In this document: piece by piece, positions 31,938-42,395 of the stretch
Position numbering within the stretch: the first letter of the stretch is position 1
Layout: the number at the start of each line of letters is the position of its first letter
From: Nitrospirota bacterium
Lineage (GTDB): Bacteria; Nitrospirota; UBA9217
Reading direction: 5' to 3'
Length of the DNA: 64,000 bases
Assembly (NCBI GenBank): GCA_963840455.1
Contig: CAWIYV010000008.1
Coordinates: forward strand, 1 to 64,000
Notes under the pieces: generated by a model
What the model saw: only the letters and a program-made list of their open reading frames with translations
Told to the model about the DNA's origin: nothing
Database searches by the model: none
Made by a program: the position numbers and the translations under genes

Positions 31938-32906
31938 TTGACTTCCCCGAGTCTCCTTGCTAATATGCCGCAAATGCAGAGATTTTTAACGGGACCATGC
32001 CTGGGGATCGAGTTCACGTCCCGGGCGTTCAGGATGGGTCTGCTCACCGGCAACGGCGCATCGAGGTCCGTGCTCGCCTCAAGAACGGTGCCGATGGAGG
32101 CGGGCATGGTGACCGAAGCGTTCGCAGCCCAGAACATCAGGGACAGCGAAGGCCTCGCATCCCTTGTCCGAAGCAGTCTGAAGGACCTTACCACGCTTTC
32201 CCTCCGCCGCGCAGCCCTCAGTCTTCCGGACGGGATCTTCCGCGTCCAGACCCTCGAGTTCGATGAACTTCCGTCACATCGTCGGGACCGCGACCGGCTG
32301 GTCCGGTGGCGCTTGGAGAAGGGCGCGGCCTTTGACGTGTCGAACACGGTGCTGCGCTATCAGGTCGTTCCGCGCCGCGACAAGGGCTGTTCCGTGCTCG
32401 CCTGCGTTGCAAAACAGGAGGTCATTTCCCAGTACGAAGACCTGCTGACAGGACTGGGCCTCGAACCATGGGCGGTGGCGCCGTCCTCTTTCAACGTCTT
32501 GAACTTCTACGGCCCCTATCTCGAGGTGAAGAACATCCCCTCCTTTGCCCTCGCATGGGTCACCGAAGGTTCGTACACGACGATCATCCTGGAACAGGGC
32601 GGACCGCGGTTCTACCGTCACAAGGAGATCAAGGCGGTCACGCCGGCCGACGTTACCGCGCGGCTCATTCGCGAGCTCGACGACTCGCTCCACTTCTATC
32701 TGCACATGGACCGCCAGCAGCAGTCCGAAGTCGGACGCCTCTATCTTACCGGTGAACAGGCCGTCGTGGCCCCGCTGTTCGAGAGCCTGAAGAACGAAAC
32801 GACCCTTGAGATCGAAACGCTCGTGCCCGCCGTCGTCCTTACTTCGGGAAGGGATGCAGCTGCGTCCCTTGCGGCGGCCTTCGGTGCGGGAGGTGTCCGG
32901 AGATGA
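31938..32906 (+). CDS. PilM/GspL-like cytoplasmic assembly protein
   Basis: LGIEF N-terminal strand, ALSLPD, RELDDSLHFY, LYLTG actin-like pattern; first gene of the cluster; start uncertain. Confidence 0.75.
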   Translation: MTSPSLLANMPQMQRFLTGPCLGIEFTSRAFRMGLLTGNGASRSVLASRTVPMEAGMVTEAFAAQNIRDSEGLASLVRSSLKDLTTLSLRRAALSLPDGIFRVQTLEFDELPSHRRDRDRLVRWRLEKGAAFDVSNTVLRYQVVPRRDKGCSVLACVAKQEVISQYEDLLTGLGLEPWAVAPSSFNVLNFYGPYLEVKNIPSFALAWVTEGSYTTIILEQGGPRFYRHKEIKAVTPADVTARLIRELDDSLHFYLHMDRQQQSEVGRLYLTGEQAVVAPLFESLKNETTLEIETLVPAVVLTSGRDAAASLAAAFGAGGVRR

Positions 32907-33478
32907 AGCGGGCGGCGGTGATCACCATCAACTTTGCCCGGACCGACTTCGGGCTTATCGCACAAGTTCGCCAGTGGCTCATCGCTGGTATTGTCGTGCT
33001 CGGGATCCTTGCAGGCGCGCTCCTGTGGATCGCGAACGCTACCGTGCATCAGGGCGCAGCTGCGGAACAGCGCGTCAGGGACCTTGCCGCCTCGGCAGAG
33101 AAGTTGCATCCGGCATTGGAAGAACGGCAGCAGCTGGTGAAGAACCTGGGCGCCATGTCGGGCCTGATCGAGGCCAGGCGGCATTCGTGGACGCAGTTCC
33201 TGAGCAGGATCGAGGCAGTATTCCCCTCCGGCATCGCCCTGACGAAGGTGGATTTCAACATCCGTGAGATGACCGTGGCCCTTGAAGGATCGGCGCAGTC
33301 GCCTGAGGCGCTCAGCAATCTCATGATCGGGCTGCAGCGGTCCCGCTCGTTCAAGAACCCCCAGTTAAAGCACCAATCGCTGGAAAAAGGGAGCCTATCG
33401 TTCAATGTGGCAGTCTCGTATCAGGAACATGGTGTCGCCGGACCCGCTCCGGACACTGATCGGAAACCCGGCAACTAA
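32903..33478 (+). CDS. PilN-like protein
   Basis: ITINFA motif, single TM, SWTQFLSRIE..P, LEGSA. Confidence 0.78.
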   Translation: MKRAAVITINFARTDFGLIAQVRQWLIAGIVVLGILAGALLWIANATVHQGAAAEQRVRDLAASAEKLHPALEERQQLVKNLGAMSGLIEARRHSWTQFLSRIEAVFPSGIALTKVDFNIREMTVALEGSAQSPEALSNLMIGLQRSRSFKNPQLKHQSLEKGSLSFNVAVSYQEHGVAGPAPDTDRKPGN

Positions 33479-33965
33479 GCGGCTTCGGGTCCTTGCGGCA
33501 GTGTGTGCGGGGCTCATCGTGCTGAACCTGCTGTTGTATGCCTTCACCGTTGTCCCGGCCGCCGCGCGTCTTGCGGCGAGCAGGCAGCAGTACGCCGACC
33601 TCAAGAGGGAATACGCCGAGGCGGCGCTGTTCCAGAAACAGAAACAGCTCTTTGCCGGCCTCATGTCGGGCATCCCTGCGCAGAAGGACGTTCCGCTCCT
33701 GATCAAGGACCTGGCTCAGACGGCCCGCAGGCTGAACCTCTCGGTGGATGCGATCAATTCGGACATCCCCACGCAGGGGACCGGCGGTCTGACCATGCTG
33801 ACGTTCACCTTTCCCGCGGCAGGTTCTTATCCCGATGTGAAGCGGTTCATCTACCAGGTCGAGACCTCATCCCGCCTCGTGGGGATCCAGGACCTGAAAC
33901 TGGGCTCCGAGAAGGGGCGGGTAAAGCTCCAGATGAAGCTGGTGACCTATATTCGGGGAGAGTAG
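33429..33965 (+). CDS. PilO-like protein
   Basis: Single TM, coiled coil, GSYPDVKRFIYQVE..RLV. Confidence 0.78.
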   Translation: MVSPDPLRTLIGNPATKRLRVLAAVCAGLIVLNLLLYAFTVVPAAARLAASRQQYADLKREYAEAALFQKQKQLFAGLMSGIPAQKDVPLLIKDLAQTARRLNLSVDAINSDIPTQGTGGLTMLTFTFPAAGSYPDVKRFIYQVETSSRLVGIQDLKLGSEKGRVKLQMKLVTYIRGE

Positions 33966-34014
33966 GGAGCCTCCCCGGGCGCGAGCCGCAAGCGGGAGAG
34001 CGCCGTAAAGCATC

Positions 34015-34608
34015 ATGACATTGGCAAAATCGCAGCAGATAACAGTTCTGGCGGTCCTGGCAACGGCCCTTGTCGCGCTCTCCGTGTACCAGCGGGTCTC
34101 TCAAGAGGCGCCCCGGACCCAGCCGCTGACCTACACACGCGGCATGAAGGTCTCTGCGCCGGTCCGCAGGGGGATATCCGCGTCCGGTCCGGCGGCCGAC
34201 CTGCTCGCGGTTGTTGTGGAGCGGCGGGCGGATACCTATCCCCGCGTCATGCGGGATATCTTCCGGATGAGCGTTCCGGAGCCGGCGGGGAAGCGGAAAC
34301 CGGTCGTTGCGCAGTCCGCAACGATCATCACGCAGCCGGTGTCAACGGTACCGGTGAAGACCGCAGAGGAGGTCGCTGCGGACCTGGCGCGGGCCGACCT
34401 CTCAAAGTTCCGGTTCCTGGGATACCTGACCGACAAGGACAGTTCGCTGTTTCTGTCCAAAGAGGGCGAGCTCTTCATCGTCAAGAGCGGCGAAACAGTG
34501 CTCAAGAACTATCAGATAAAGGCCGTGGGGAAGGACCATGTGGTCATGCAAGACACGGTCACCAAGGTGGAGGCCCGGATTGAACTGACCGGAAGCGGCG
34601 GCAAGTAG
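34015..34608 (+). CDS. PilP/GspC-like protein
   Basis: N-terminal TM, RDIF motif, FRFLGYL...LFIVKSGE beta domain; position before the secretin. Confidence 0.6.
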   Translation: MTLAKSQQITVLAVLATALVALSVYQRVSQEAPRTQPLTYTRGMKVSAPVRRGISASGPAADLLAVVVERRADTYPRVMRDIFRMSVPEPAGKRKPVVAQSATIITQPVSTVPVKTAEEVAADLARADLSKFRFLGYLTDKDSSLFLSKEGELFIVKSGETVLKNYQIKAVGKDHVVMQDTVTKVEARIELTGSGGK

Positions 34609-34744
34609 GTCCGGATATCCGGGTGCGGCCGCCTTGCTGCGATCGTCGGAAAAGTCATGATGATCAGCGTGAGCGATCGCCGCAAGAGTGCCCTGATCGG
34701 TACGCTCGATTCTCGTGATCGTTGTTATCATTCTGGAGGGGAAG

Positions 34745-37084
34745 ATGAAAAAGATCGGCATGCTAATGCTGACCATGGTCGTGCTGCTCGGAGGCTGCGC
34801 CGGCTCGCGGGCGTTCCAGCGCGGGGACCAGTACGCGAAGGACGGCGAATGGGACCTGGCGGTGAAGGAATACCGCGATGCCCTGAAGAGCAATCCCCAG
34901 GACATCGAGTACCGATCGGCGCTCCTGCGCGCGGAGGAAACGGCGGCGAACCAGCACTACAAGAGGGCCCGGAACTTCCTGAAGGAACGCAAGCTGGACA
35001 CGGCCATCCTCGAGCTCCAGCAGGCCATCTATCTGAATCCCACCAACTCGGCGATCCAGGGCGCCCTCAAGACCGTATTGAACATGAAGCAGGCGGAAGA
35101 GCACTATCGCGCTGCCCTGACCTTCCAGGAGCTGAACCGCCTCAGCGAGGCGGCCAACGAGCTGAACCGGGCGGTGGAGCTTGATCCGGAGAACGCGAAG
35201 TATGTCGATACCCTGGAAAAGATCCAGAAAAAGAGGAGCGAGGCCGAGCCCGATGAAGCCCTGACCCTGGCGTCGGACAAGCCGATCACCCTGAACTTCA
35301 AGAACACGAACATCAAGGAGGTCTTCGAGCTCCTTTCCAAGCTTTCGGGCATCAACATCATGTTCGACGAGGAGATCAGGGCGCAGCCTGTTACGGTCTT
35401 TGTGAAGGATGTGTCGTTCCAGTATGCGCTCAACCTCCTCCTGTCCACGAACAAGCTCTTCATGAAGAAGGTCAGCGCCGACACGATCATCATCATTCCC
35501 AAGACAAAGGCGAAGATGGACCAGTACCAGGACCTGGTGATGAAGACATTCTACCTGAACAATGCCAAGTCAAAGGATATGGTGAACCTGCTCCGCTCGA
35601 TGCTGGACACACGGAAGGTCTATGTGAACGAGGTGCTGAACTCCATCACGGTCCGGGATACACCGGAGAAGATCAAGCTGGTCGACAAGATCATCGCTGC
35701 GAACGACCTGAAGGAGGCTGAGGTCATCCTCGACGTGGAGATCCTCGAGATCTCGAGGACCAAAGCCCTGTCCTACGGCTGGAATTTCCAGCCGGGGCTG
35801 ACGGTCGGAGCCTCGGTCTCGGGGACGAAGCTGACCCCGGAAAATCCCAGCAGCAGCAACGTGGGGGTCACCCAGGGGATCAGCCTGAGCCAGTTTCGGA
35901 GCGCGACGAGCGATAATATAATCTTGACGCTTCCGAGCCTCCTCCTGACGCTGATCAAGCAGGATTCCGACGCGCAAACGCTTGCGAACCCGCGCGTCCG
36001 GGTTCTGAACAATAAGCAGGCAAAGTTCCATATTGGCGACAAGATCCCGATCCAGACAACAACGAGCCAGGCGACGATTGCCGGGACAGTGGTCTCAACC
36101 TTCGAGTACAAGGATGTCGGCATCAAGCTGACCATCGATCCGAACGTGCACTTGAGCAACACGGTGACGCTCAAGATGAACCTGGAGATCAGCAGCCTCG
36201 GCGATGCCATCGACTTCGGCAACGGCCAGAAGCAGTACAAGTTCGGCACGCGCAACGTGGATACGACCATCAACCTGCGCGATGGCGAGACCGTGATCAT
36301 CGGCGGGTTGATCAAGGACGAAGAGCGGAAGAGCAGCAACAAGATCCCCCTGCTGGGAGATATCCCGGTGGTCGGGAAGCTCTTTTCGCGGAGCGACGAC
36401 GGCACGATCAAAACGGACATCCTCATGTCAATCACGCCCAACATCGTGCGTTCTCTCGAGCTGCCCGACAAGGACCATCAGTCGTTCTGGTCGGGCACGG
36501 AAGAGGCGTACGATGTCAAACCGGTCTTCACCAGCGCTGGCAAGAGCTCGAAACCGGCCGAAAAGGCGCTGGAGAAGACCGCGGTGCTCGATGCGCTCGC
36601 GAAGCGCGAAAAGCCGGCTCCGCAGAAGCCTCCCGAGGCTAAGGCGGAGGTCCCCGAGGCGGCGAGTACCGTCGCGGTGCTCGAACTCAAACCGGCAGAA
36701 ACGGCAGCGGCGGTGGGGCAGGAGGCGAGGTACGAACTGTCCGTGACCGGCGTCAAGGACCTCTATGGTGCGATCATTACGCTCAGCTACGATCCCAAGA
36801 TCGTGGATTTCAAGGCCGCGGCCGAAGGGGCCTTCCTGAAGAAGGACAATCAGCAGACGTCGTTCCTCTTCTCGAACAATCTCAAGGCGGGGACCGTGGA
36901 CATCTATATCACCCGGATCGGCGATGTGGGCGGCATCGAGGGGGCAGGGAACCTTTGTACCGTCGTGTTACAGGGAAAATCCGCCGGAACGAGCCCGATC
37001 GTGTTCAAGAGCGTCAAGCTGGGGAACTACAACCGTGAGCAGGTCAAAGCGGACGTCAGGGCAGCGACGATCGTTGTAAAATAG
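34745..37084 (+). CDS. Secretin (GspD/PilQ family) with lipoprotein signal, TPRs and a C-terminal cohesin-like domain
   Basis: LGGC lipobox, TPR repeats, LANPRVRV, YKDVGIKL, GETVIIGGLI, KIPLLGDIPVVGKLF, LSYDP..EGAFL tail. Confidence 0.9.
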   Translation: MKKIGMLMLTMVVLLGGCAGSRAFQRGDQYAKDGEWDLAVKEYRDALKSNPQDIEYRSALLRAEETAANQHYKRARNFLKERKLDTAILELQQAIYLNPTNSAIQGALKTVLNMKQAEEHYRAALTFQELNRLSEAANELNRAVELDPENAKYVDTLEKIQKKRSEAEPDEALTLASDKPITLNFKNTNIKEVFELLSKLSGINIMFDEEIRAQPVTVFVKDVSFQYALNLLLSTNKLFMKKVSADTIIIIPKTKAKMDQYQDLVMKTFYLNNAKSKDMVNLLRSMLDTRKVYVNEVLNSITVRDTPEKIKLVDKIIAANDLKEAEVILDVEILEISRTKALSYGWNFQPGLTVGASVSGTKLTPENPSSSNVGVTQGISLSQFRSATSDNIILTLPSLLLTLIKQDSDAQTLANPRVRVLNNKQAKFHIGDKIPIQTTTSQATIAGTVVSTFEYKDVGIKLTIDPNVHLSNTVTLKMNLEISSLGDAIDFGNGQKQYKFGTRNVDTTINLRDGETVIIGGLIKDEERKSSNKIPLLGDIPVVGKLFSRSDDGTIKTDILMSITPNIVRSLELPDKDHQSFWSGTEEAYDVKPVFTSAGKSSKPAEKALEKTAVLDALAKREKPAPQKPPEAKAEVPEAASTVAVLELKPAETAAAVGQEARYELSVTGVKDLYGAIITLSYDPKIVDFKAAAEGAFLKKDNQQTSFLFSNNLKAGTVDIYITRIGDVGGIEGAGNLCTVVLQGKSAGTSPIVFKSVKLGNYNREQVKADVRAATIVVK

Positions 37085-37153
37085 GTGCAGTATGAGTTGA
37101 CCGCCGAATTGAAATGTGAAGACGGTCATGCTATGTGCAACCTCCGATCTTCC

Positions 37154-37642
37154 ATGATGGATAAACGAGGCCTTACTCTCATAGAAATGCTCGTGGTCAT
37201 CGCGATCGTCAGTATCCTGGCGGCGGCGGTCATGCCACTCTCGCGCATGACCGTGAAACGGGTGAAGGAAATCGAGCTCCGGAGCGGCCTGCGGACGATC
37301 CGGTCGGCGATTGATGCGTTCCGAAAGGACTGTGAACCTACAGCGAAGAAACTTTCCACGGATTACTGCAAGGCAGACCAGGATTACTATCCTGAGTCAC
37401 TGGAGCAGCTAACCCAGCCGCTGAAGCTTGCCGGTACGGGCGACAAGACAAGGAAATATTTGCGCCGGATCCCGCGGGACCCCATGATGACGTCAAGCTA
37501 CGATGGCGACGCGAACGGCTGGGGGCTCCGTTCCTACAGCGACCCCCCCGATTCGACGCAGTGGGGAGGGGGGAACGTGTACGACGTGTATTCGAAGAGC
37601 GAGGCAGTTGCCCTTGACGGGACGAAGTACAGTACGTGGTGA
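37154..37642 (+). CDS. Type II secretion pseudopilin
   Basis: RG^LTLIEMLVV prepilin cleavage motif; YLRRIPRDPM, VYDVYS, LDGTKYSTW. Confidence 0.88.
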   Translation: MMDKRGLTLIEMLVVIAIVSILAAAVMPLSRMTVKRVKEIELRSGLRTIRSAIDAFRKDCEPTAKKLSTDYCKADQDYYPESLEQLTQPLKLAGTGDKTRKYLRRIPRDPMMTSSYDGDANGWGLRSYSDPPDSTQWGGGNVYDVYSKSEAVALDGTKYSTW

Positions 37643-37843
37643 ATCCAGGAGCGAGCGAGACCCCCGTGGGCTAGCGAGCGATTAGAATAATAGCTTCCTT
37701 GAGGATCGAAGATTCAAAGCCGTCGGCAGCTGGAAGCTTCAATCCAGGAGCGAGCGAGACCCCCGTGGGCTAGCGAGCGATTAGAATAAATAACTTCCTT
37801 GAGGATCGAAGATTCGAAGCCGTCGGCTGCTGGAAGCTTCAAA
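37642..37843. repeat. Two tandem ~99-bp copies of a palindromic MITE-like element (family A)
   Basis: AATCCAGGAGCGAGCG...AGCGAGCGATTAGAATAA...CCTTGAGGATCGAAGATTC...GCTTC at 37642 and 37741. Confidence 0.85.
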
Positions 37844-37864
37844 TGGTCAAAAGAACGGGGACCG

Positions 37865-38311
37865 ATGACAGACATCAGAACAGAACGGAAAGAACTGACG
37901 GACCGGCAGAGTGTCGGGACCGCCCGCAGCCTGTCTGCCCGCGGCTTCACGCTCCTGGAGCTCATGATCGTGCTGGCGATCATCGGTGTCCTGATCACGA
38001 TCGCCCAGCCGAACCTGAAGACCTCCATCACCCGGGCCAGGGAGGCCGTGCTGCGCGAGGACCTGTTCCAGATGCGGGATGCCCTTGACCAGTTCTATGC
38101 CGACAACGGAAAGTATCCCTCCCGGCTTGAGGACCTCGTCAGCGAGTCGGAAAAGTCCAAAAGCTATCTGCGCAGCATTCCGAAGGACCCCTTCACCGGC
38201 GCCACGGACTGGATCACCGTTGCTCTTGATACCGAAGACGGCGGCGTTTTCGACATTCACAGCGCCAGCCCCCTTGTCGCAACGGACGGGACCGCCTACA
38301 ACACCTGGTAG
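37865..38311 (+). CDS. Type II secretion pseudopilin (GspG-like)
   Basis: RG^FTLLELMIV; MRDALDQFYAD.GKYP, YLRSIPKDPFT. Confidence 0.88.
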   Translation: MTDIRTERKELTDRQSVGTARSLSARGFTLLELMIVLAIIGVLITIAQPNLKTSITRAREAVLREDLFQMRDALDQFYADNGKYPSRLEDLVSESEKSKSYLRSIPKDPFTGATDWITVALDTEDGGVFDIHSASPLVATDGTAYNTW

Positions 38312-38391
38312 ACCATCACTTCTCCGTTTTTTCAAGGAATTCCGCGGAAAAAAAGCTTGCAAGCCTCCAGTAAAATCAGTAATATAACGGC

Positions 38392-39027
38392 GTGAAAAAA
38401 CTGAAGAATTTTCTGAAGAAAAACTTCATCACCGGTCTTCTCGTGCTGGTCCCTGTGGGTGTGACCATCTTCGTGCTCAAGGGCCTGCTCGGGTGGATCG
38501 ACAACATCCTGGGGGACATCCCCGGGGAAGTGATCGGGATCCGATTCCCGGGCCTCGGCATCATCACCCTGATCCTGTTCATCCTCGTCGTCGGCATGAT
38601 CTCCGCCAACTATTTCGGGAACCGGATCGTCCGCTACTGGGACGAGCTCATGCAGAAGGTGCCCCTGGTGCGCGGGGTGTATTCCACGGTCAAGCAGGTA
38701 ATGGAGACGTTCTCCGTCAAGCACAACTTCCACGGCGTGGCTCTCGTGGAGTACCCGCGCAAGGGGTGCTACAGCATCGGGTTCGTGACCTGTGACGTCC
38801 CGGGCGAGTCCGTGGGGCTCATCGGAAAGTACGAGACGGTCTTCGTGCCGACGACCCCCAACCCCACGGCGGGGTTCCTCCTCATGCTCCCGGAGGCGGA
38901 AGTGCGCCATCTCGACATGACGGTGGAGCAGGGCATGAAGTTCATCATCTCTCTCGGCCTCGTGTCGCTCTCCGAACGGGAAGCTTTGAAATTGAAGCGA
39001 CAGTGCGCCAGAGGGGGCGCCGCATGA
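38392..39027 (+). CDS. DUF502 membrane protein
   Basis: FITGLLVLVP, VPLVRGVYSTVKQ, VEYPRKG, FVPTTPNPTAG. Confidence 0.9.
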   Translation: MKKLKNFLKKNFITGLLVLVPVGVTIFVLKGLLGWIDNILGDIPGEVIGIRFPGLGIITLILFILVVGMISANYFGNRIVRYWDELMQKVPLVRGVYSTVKQVMETFSVKHNFHGVALVEYPRKGCYSIGFVTCDVPGESVGLIGKYETVFVPTTPNPTAGFLLMLPEAEVRHLDMTVEQGMKFIISLGLVSLSEREALKLKRQCARGGAA

Positions 39028-40406
39028 GACCCACGGTGATCATTCTCGCGGCGGGCCTGGGGACGCGCATGCGGTCAGCCCTGCCCAAGGCCCTCCACCT
39101 GCTTGCGGGCAAGGCGCTCATCCGGCATGTCCTGGACGCGGTCAAGCCGCTCGGGCCGGGGAAGACCGCCGTCGTATTGGGACACCAGGCCGACCGCGTC
39201 CGGGAGGCCATGGACGGCTATGCCGTTGAGATCGTCCACCAGGCCGAACAGCTCGGCACCGGCCACGCCGTGCGGCAGGCCGTTGATATAATCACCGCAG
39301 CGGCGGGACCGGTCGTCGTGCTGTGCGCCGACACGCCGCTCATTACGCCGGGAACGCTGATCTCCCTGATCGAGGCACATTCCCGGGCAAAGGCCGCGGT
39401 CACGGTGATGACCGCGATGGCCGAGGACCCTGCGGGGTACGGGCGGGTGGTGCGCGGGAAGCCCGGCGTCATGCGGATCGTGGAGGAAAAGGACGCCTCG
39501 GCCGCGCAGAAGAAGATCCGGGAAGTGAACGCCGGCGTCTACTGCTTCGAAAAGAAGTTCCTGCTGTCGGCGCTCGGCGGCATCAAGAACAGGAACGCCC
39601 AGGGCGAGTACTATCTTCCCGATACGATCGCCCTTGCGCGGAAGAAGAAGCTGAAGGTAGCCGCTGTCCTGTGCCCGGACACCGACGAGACCATGGGCAT
39701 CAATTCGCGCTTCGATCTGAGCCAGGCGGAGATGGTCCTGCAGGCCAGGACCAACCTGCGGTGGATGCTGGAAGGCGTCACCCTGCCGGACCCGGCCACG
39801 GTCTTCATCGGCATGGACGTGAGCATCGGCAGGGACTCCATCGTATACCCCAATGTACGGCTGGAAGGGAAGACGACGCTGGGCGAAGGTTGCACCGTGT
39901 ATCCCGGGTCCCGCATCGTGGACAGCACTCTCGGAAGCGGCGTTGTGATCAAGGACTGCTGCGTCATCGAGGACAGCAGGATCGAGGATAGGGCCTCCGT
40001 GGGTCCCTTCGCCCATCTCCGGCCCGGCACCGTCCTCGGCGCTGGCTCGCGCATCGGCAATTTCGTCGAGGTCAAAAAATCCGTCATCGGCGAGGGGAGC
40101 AAGGCGAACCACCTGGCCTACCTGGGCGACGCGACCATCGGGAGGGACGTGAACATCGGCGCCGGAGTGATCACCTGCAACTATGACGGGTACCAGAAGC
40201 ACCAGACCGTCATCGAGGATGGCGTGTTCGTGGGAAGCGACGCCCAGCTCGTTGCGCCGGTCCGGATCGGCAGGGACGCGCTCGTGGCCGCCGGCACCAC
40301 GGTGACCCGCGACGTGCCGGCGGAAGCGATGGTCATCAGCCGCGTGCCCCAGGAGGTCCGGGAAGGCGTGGCAGGCCGCCGGAAGAAGATGAAGCAAAAA
40401 AAATGA
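39024..40406 (+). CDS. glmU: Bifunctional UDP-GlcNAc pyrophosphorylase/acetyltransferase
   Basis: LAAGLGTRM, QLGTGHAV, EYYLPD, GNFVEVK, TCNYDG. Confidence 0.97.
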   Translation: MRPTVIILAAGLGTRMRSALPKALHLLAGKALIRHVLDAVKPLGPGKTAVVLGHQADRVREAMDGYAVEIVHQAEQLGTGHAVRQAVDIITAAAGPVVVLCADTPLITPGTLISLIEAHSRAKAAVTVMTAMAEDPAGYGRVVRGKPGVMRIVEEKDASAAQKKIREVNAGVYCFEKKFLLSALGGIKNRNAQGEYYLPDTIALARKKKLKVAAVLCPDTDETMGINSRFDLSQAEMVLQARTNLRWMLEGVTLPDPATVFIGMDVSIGRDSIVYPNVRLEGKTTLGEGCTVYPGSRIVDSTLGSGVVIKDCCVIEDSRIEDRASVGPFAHLRPGTVLGAGSRIGNFVEVKKSVIGEGSKANHLAYLGDATIGRDVNIGAGVITCNYDGYQKHQTVIEDGVFVGSDAQLVAPVRIGRDALVAAGTTVTRDVPAEAMVISRVPQEVREGVAGRRKKMKQKK

Positions 40407-40496
40407 AAAAGGTAAAAAGGAAAAAAGCACCATAAAGGCGTTACCCGCCATTTTTTTCATTTTGCGTTGAGCGTTTTAGATTGGAGCTAATCGACC

Positions 40497-42326
40497 ATGT
40501 GCGGCATCATCGGCTACATCGGCAATGAACCTGCCGTCCCCATCCTGATCGAGGGGCTGAAGAAGCTTGAGTACCGCGGCTATGATTCCTCGGGCATTGC
40601 CGTACTTCAGAACGGCAGGCTCGAGCTCCGCAGGGCGGTGGGCAAGCTCCAGAACCTCGAATCGGTCCTCCGGAGCGACACCCTGACCGGGACCATGGGG
40701 ATCGGCCACGTGCGCTGGGCCACCCACGGAAGGCCGTCGGAGGAGAACGCCCATCCCCACCGGGCAGGCAGCGTCGTGGTGGTCCATAACGGCATCATCG
40801 AGAACTATACGGCCCTCAAGAAGGACCTCATGGCCCGGGGACGCGTGTTCCTGTCCGAGACCGACACCGAGGTCATCGCCCACCTGATCGACAGCATCGC
40901 CGCGACGGGGACGAGCCTCGAGGATGCGGTGCGGGAAGCGGCGCGCCATCTGGAAGGCGCCTATGCCATCGCGGTCATCGACGAGCGGACGCCGGACATC
41001 GTTGTCGGCGCGCGCAAGGGGAGCCCGCTCGTGGTGGGGCTGGGCCAGGGGGAGTTCTTCCTGGCCTCGGACATCCCGGCGATCCTCCACCGCACGCGCG
41101 ACGTGCTGTTCCTCAACGACGACGAGATGGCGGTCCTGTCGGCGGAGGGGGTCCGCATCACCGATCTCAGGGGCAACGAGGTCTCCCGCGAGGTCACCCG
41201 CGTGCTCTGGAACCCGGTCATGGCCGAGAAGGGCGGCTACCGCCACTTCATGCTGAAGGAGATCCACGAACAGCCGCGCGCCATCATGGACACGATCCGC
41301 GGGAGGATCTCGCAGGACAGGGGCGTCGTCCACCTCGAGGAGATCGGCATCACCCGGGAGCGCTTCACCGCCATCAAGAAGATCTTCATCGTTGCCTGCG
41401 GCACGTCCTGGCACGCCGCGCTGGTGGGAAAATTCATCATCGAGGAAATGGCGGCCGTCCCCACCGAGGTCGACATCGCGTCGGAGTTCCGGTACCGCAA
41501 GCCTCTGGTGAACGGCGACACGCTCCTGATCGCCATCACCCAATCGGGCGAGACCGCCGACACGCTGGCGGCCATGCGCGAGGCAAAGGCGCGCGGCGCC
41601 ACGGTGGTGACCATCTGCAATGTGGTCGGCTCCACGGCGAGCCGCGATGCCGGCGGCGTGGTCTATACCCATGCCGGTCCGGAGATCGGCGTTGCGTCGA
41701 CCAAGGCCTTCACCGCCCAGCTCACCGCGCTCTATCTCTTCGGGCTCTTCCTCGGCAGCCTGCGGGGCGTCTTGTCGCCGGACGATATCCGGAAAGGGCT
41801 GGCGGACCTCGTGCGCGTCCCGGCGCTGGTGGAGCAGTGCCTCGAACAGAACGACGCCATCGAGCGGGTCGCCCGGCGCTTTTTTCAGGCCGCTGATTTC
41901 CTGTACCTGGGGCGGGGGCCGAACTATCCGGTCGCCCTGGAAGGCGCGCTGAAGCTGAAGGAGATCTCCTATATCCACGCCGAAGGCTATCCCGCAGGCG
42001 AGATGAAGCACGGTCCGATCGCGCTCATCGACGAGAAGATGCCGGTGGTCGTTCTTGCCGGCAGGAACAACGTCTATGAGAAGGTCCTCGCGAACATCCA
42101 GGAGGTGAAGGCCCGGAGCGGCATCGTCATCGCCGTTGCGAATGACGGGGATCCCGAGATCGCGAAACTGGCGGACCACGTCATTACCGTGCCGGGGACC
42201 AGCCCGCTCCTGCAGCCCATCGTCATGTCCATCCCGCTTCAGCTCCTCGCATACCACATCGCCGTGCTCCGGGGCGCCGACGTGGACCAGCCACGGAACC
42301 TGGCGAAGAGCGTGACAGTGGAGTAA
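40497..42326 (+). CDS. glmS: Glutamine-fructose-6-phosphate aminotransferase
   Basis: [32 protein letters not shown]. Confidence 0.98.
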   Translation: MCGIIGYIGNEPAVPILIEGLKKLEYRGYDSSGIAVLQNGRLELRRAVGKLQNLESVLRSDTLTGTMGIGHVRWATHGRPSEENAHPHRAGSVVVVHNGIIENYTALKKDLMARGRVFLSETDTEVIAHLIDSIAATGTSLEDAVREAARHLEGAYAIAVIDERTPDIVVGARKGSPLVVGLGQGEFFLASDIPAILHRTRDVLFLNDDEMAVLSAEGVRITDLRGNEVSREVTRVLWNPVMAEKGGYRHFMLKEIHEQPRAIMDTIRGRISQDRGVVHLEEIGITRERFTAIKKIFIVACGTSWHAALVGKFIIEEMAAVPTEVDIASEFRYRKPLVNGDTLLIAITQSGETADTLAAMREAKARGATVVTICNVVGSTASRDAGGVVYTHAGPEIGVASTKAFTAQLTALYLFGLFLGSLRGVLSPDDIRKGLADLVRVPALVEQCLEQNDAIERVARRFFQAADFLYLGRGPNYPVALEGALKLKEISYIHAEGYPAGEMKHGPIALIDEKMPVVVLAGRNNVYEKVLANIQEVKARSGIVIAVANDGDPEIAKLADHVITVPGTSPLLQPIVMSIPLQLLAYHIAVLRGADVDQPRNLAKSVTVE

Positions 42327-42328
42327 CA

Positions 42329-42395
42329 ATTGCGGATTGTGAATTTTGGATTGAAAAGCTTATAAATCCGCAATTGACAATCCGCAATCCGGAAT
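42329..42395. repeat. Heptamer-periodic inverted repeat
   Basis: ATTGCGG ATTGTGA ATTTTGG ATTGAAA ... AATCCGC AATTGAC AATCCGC AATCCGG. Confidence 0.75.

Noticed and set aside
37642-37843. CRISPR-like repeats (also 57512-57738)
   Set aside because: Only two ~100-bp units with no unique spacers
40407-40496. glmS ribozyme
   Set aside because: The 90-bp gap is too short and consists of A/T-rich periodic repeats
42290-42395. Tn7 insertion at the glmS attachment site
   Set aside because: No Tn7 ends or tns genes; pcrA follows within 70 bp
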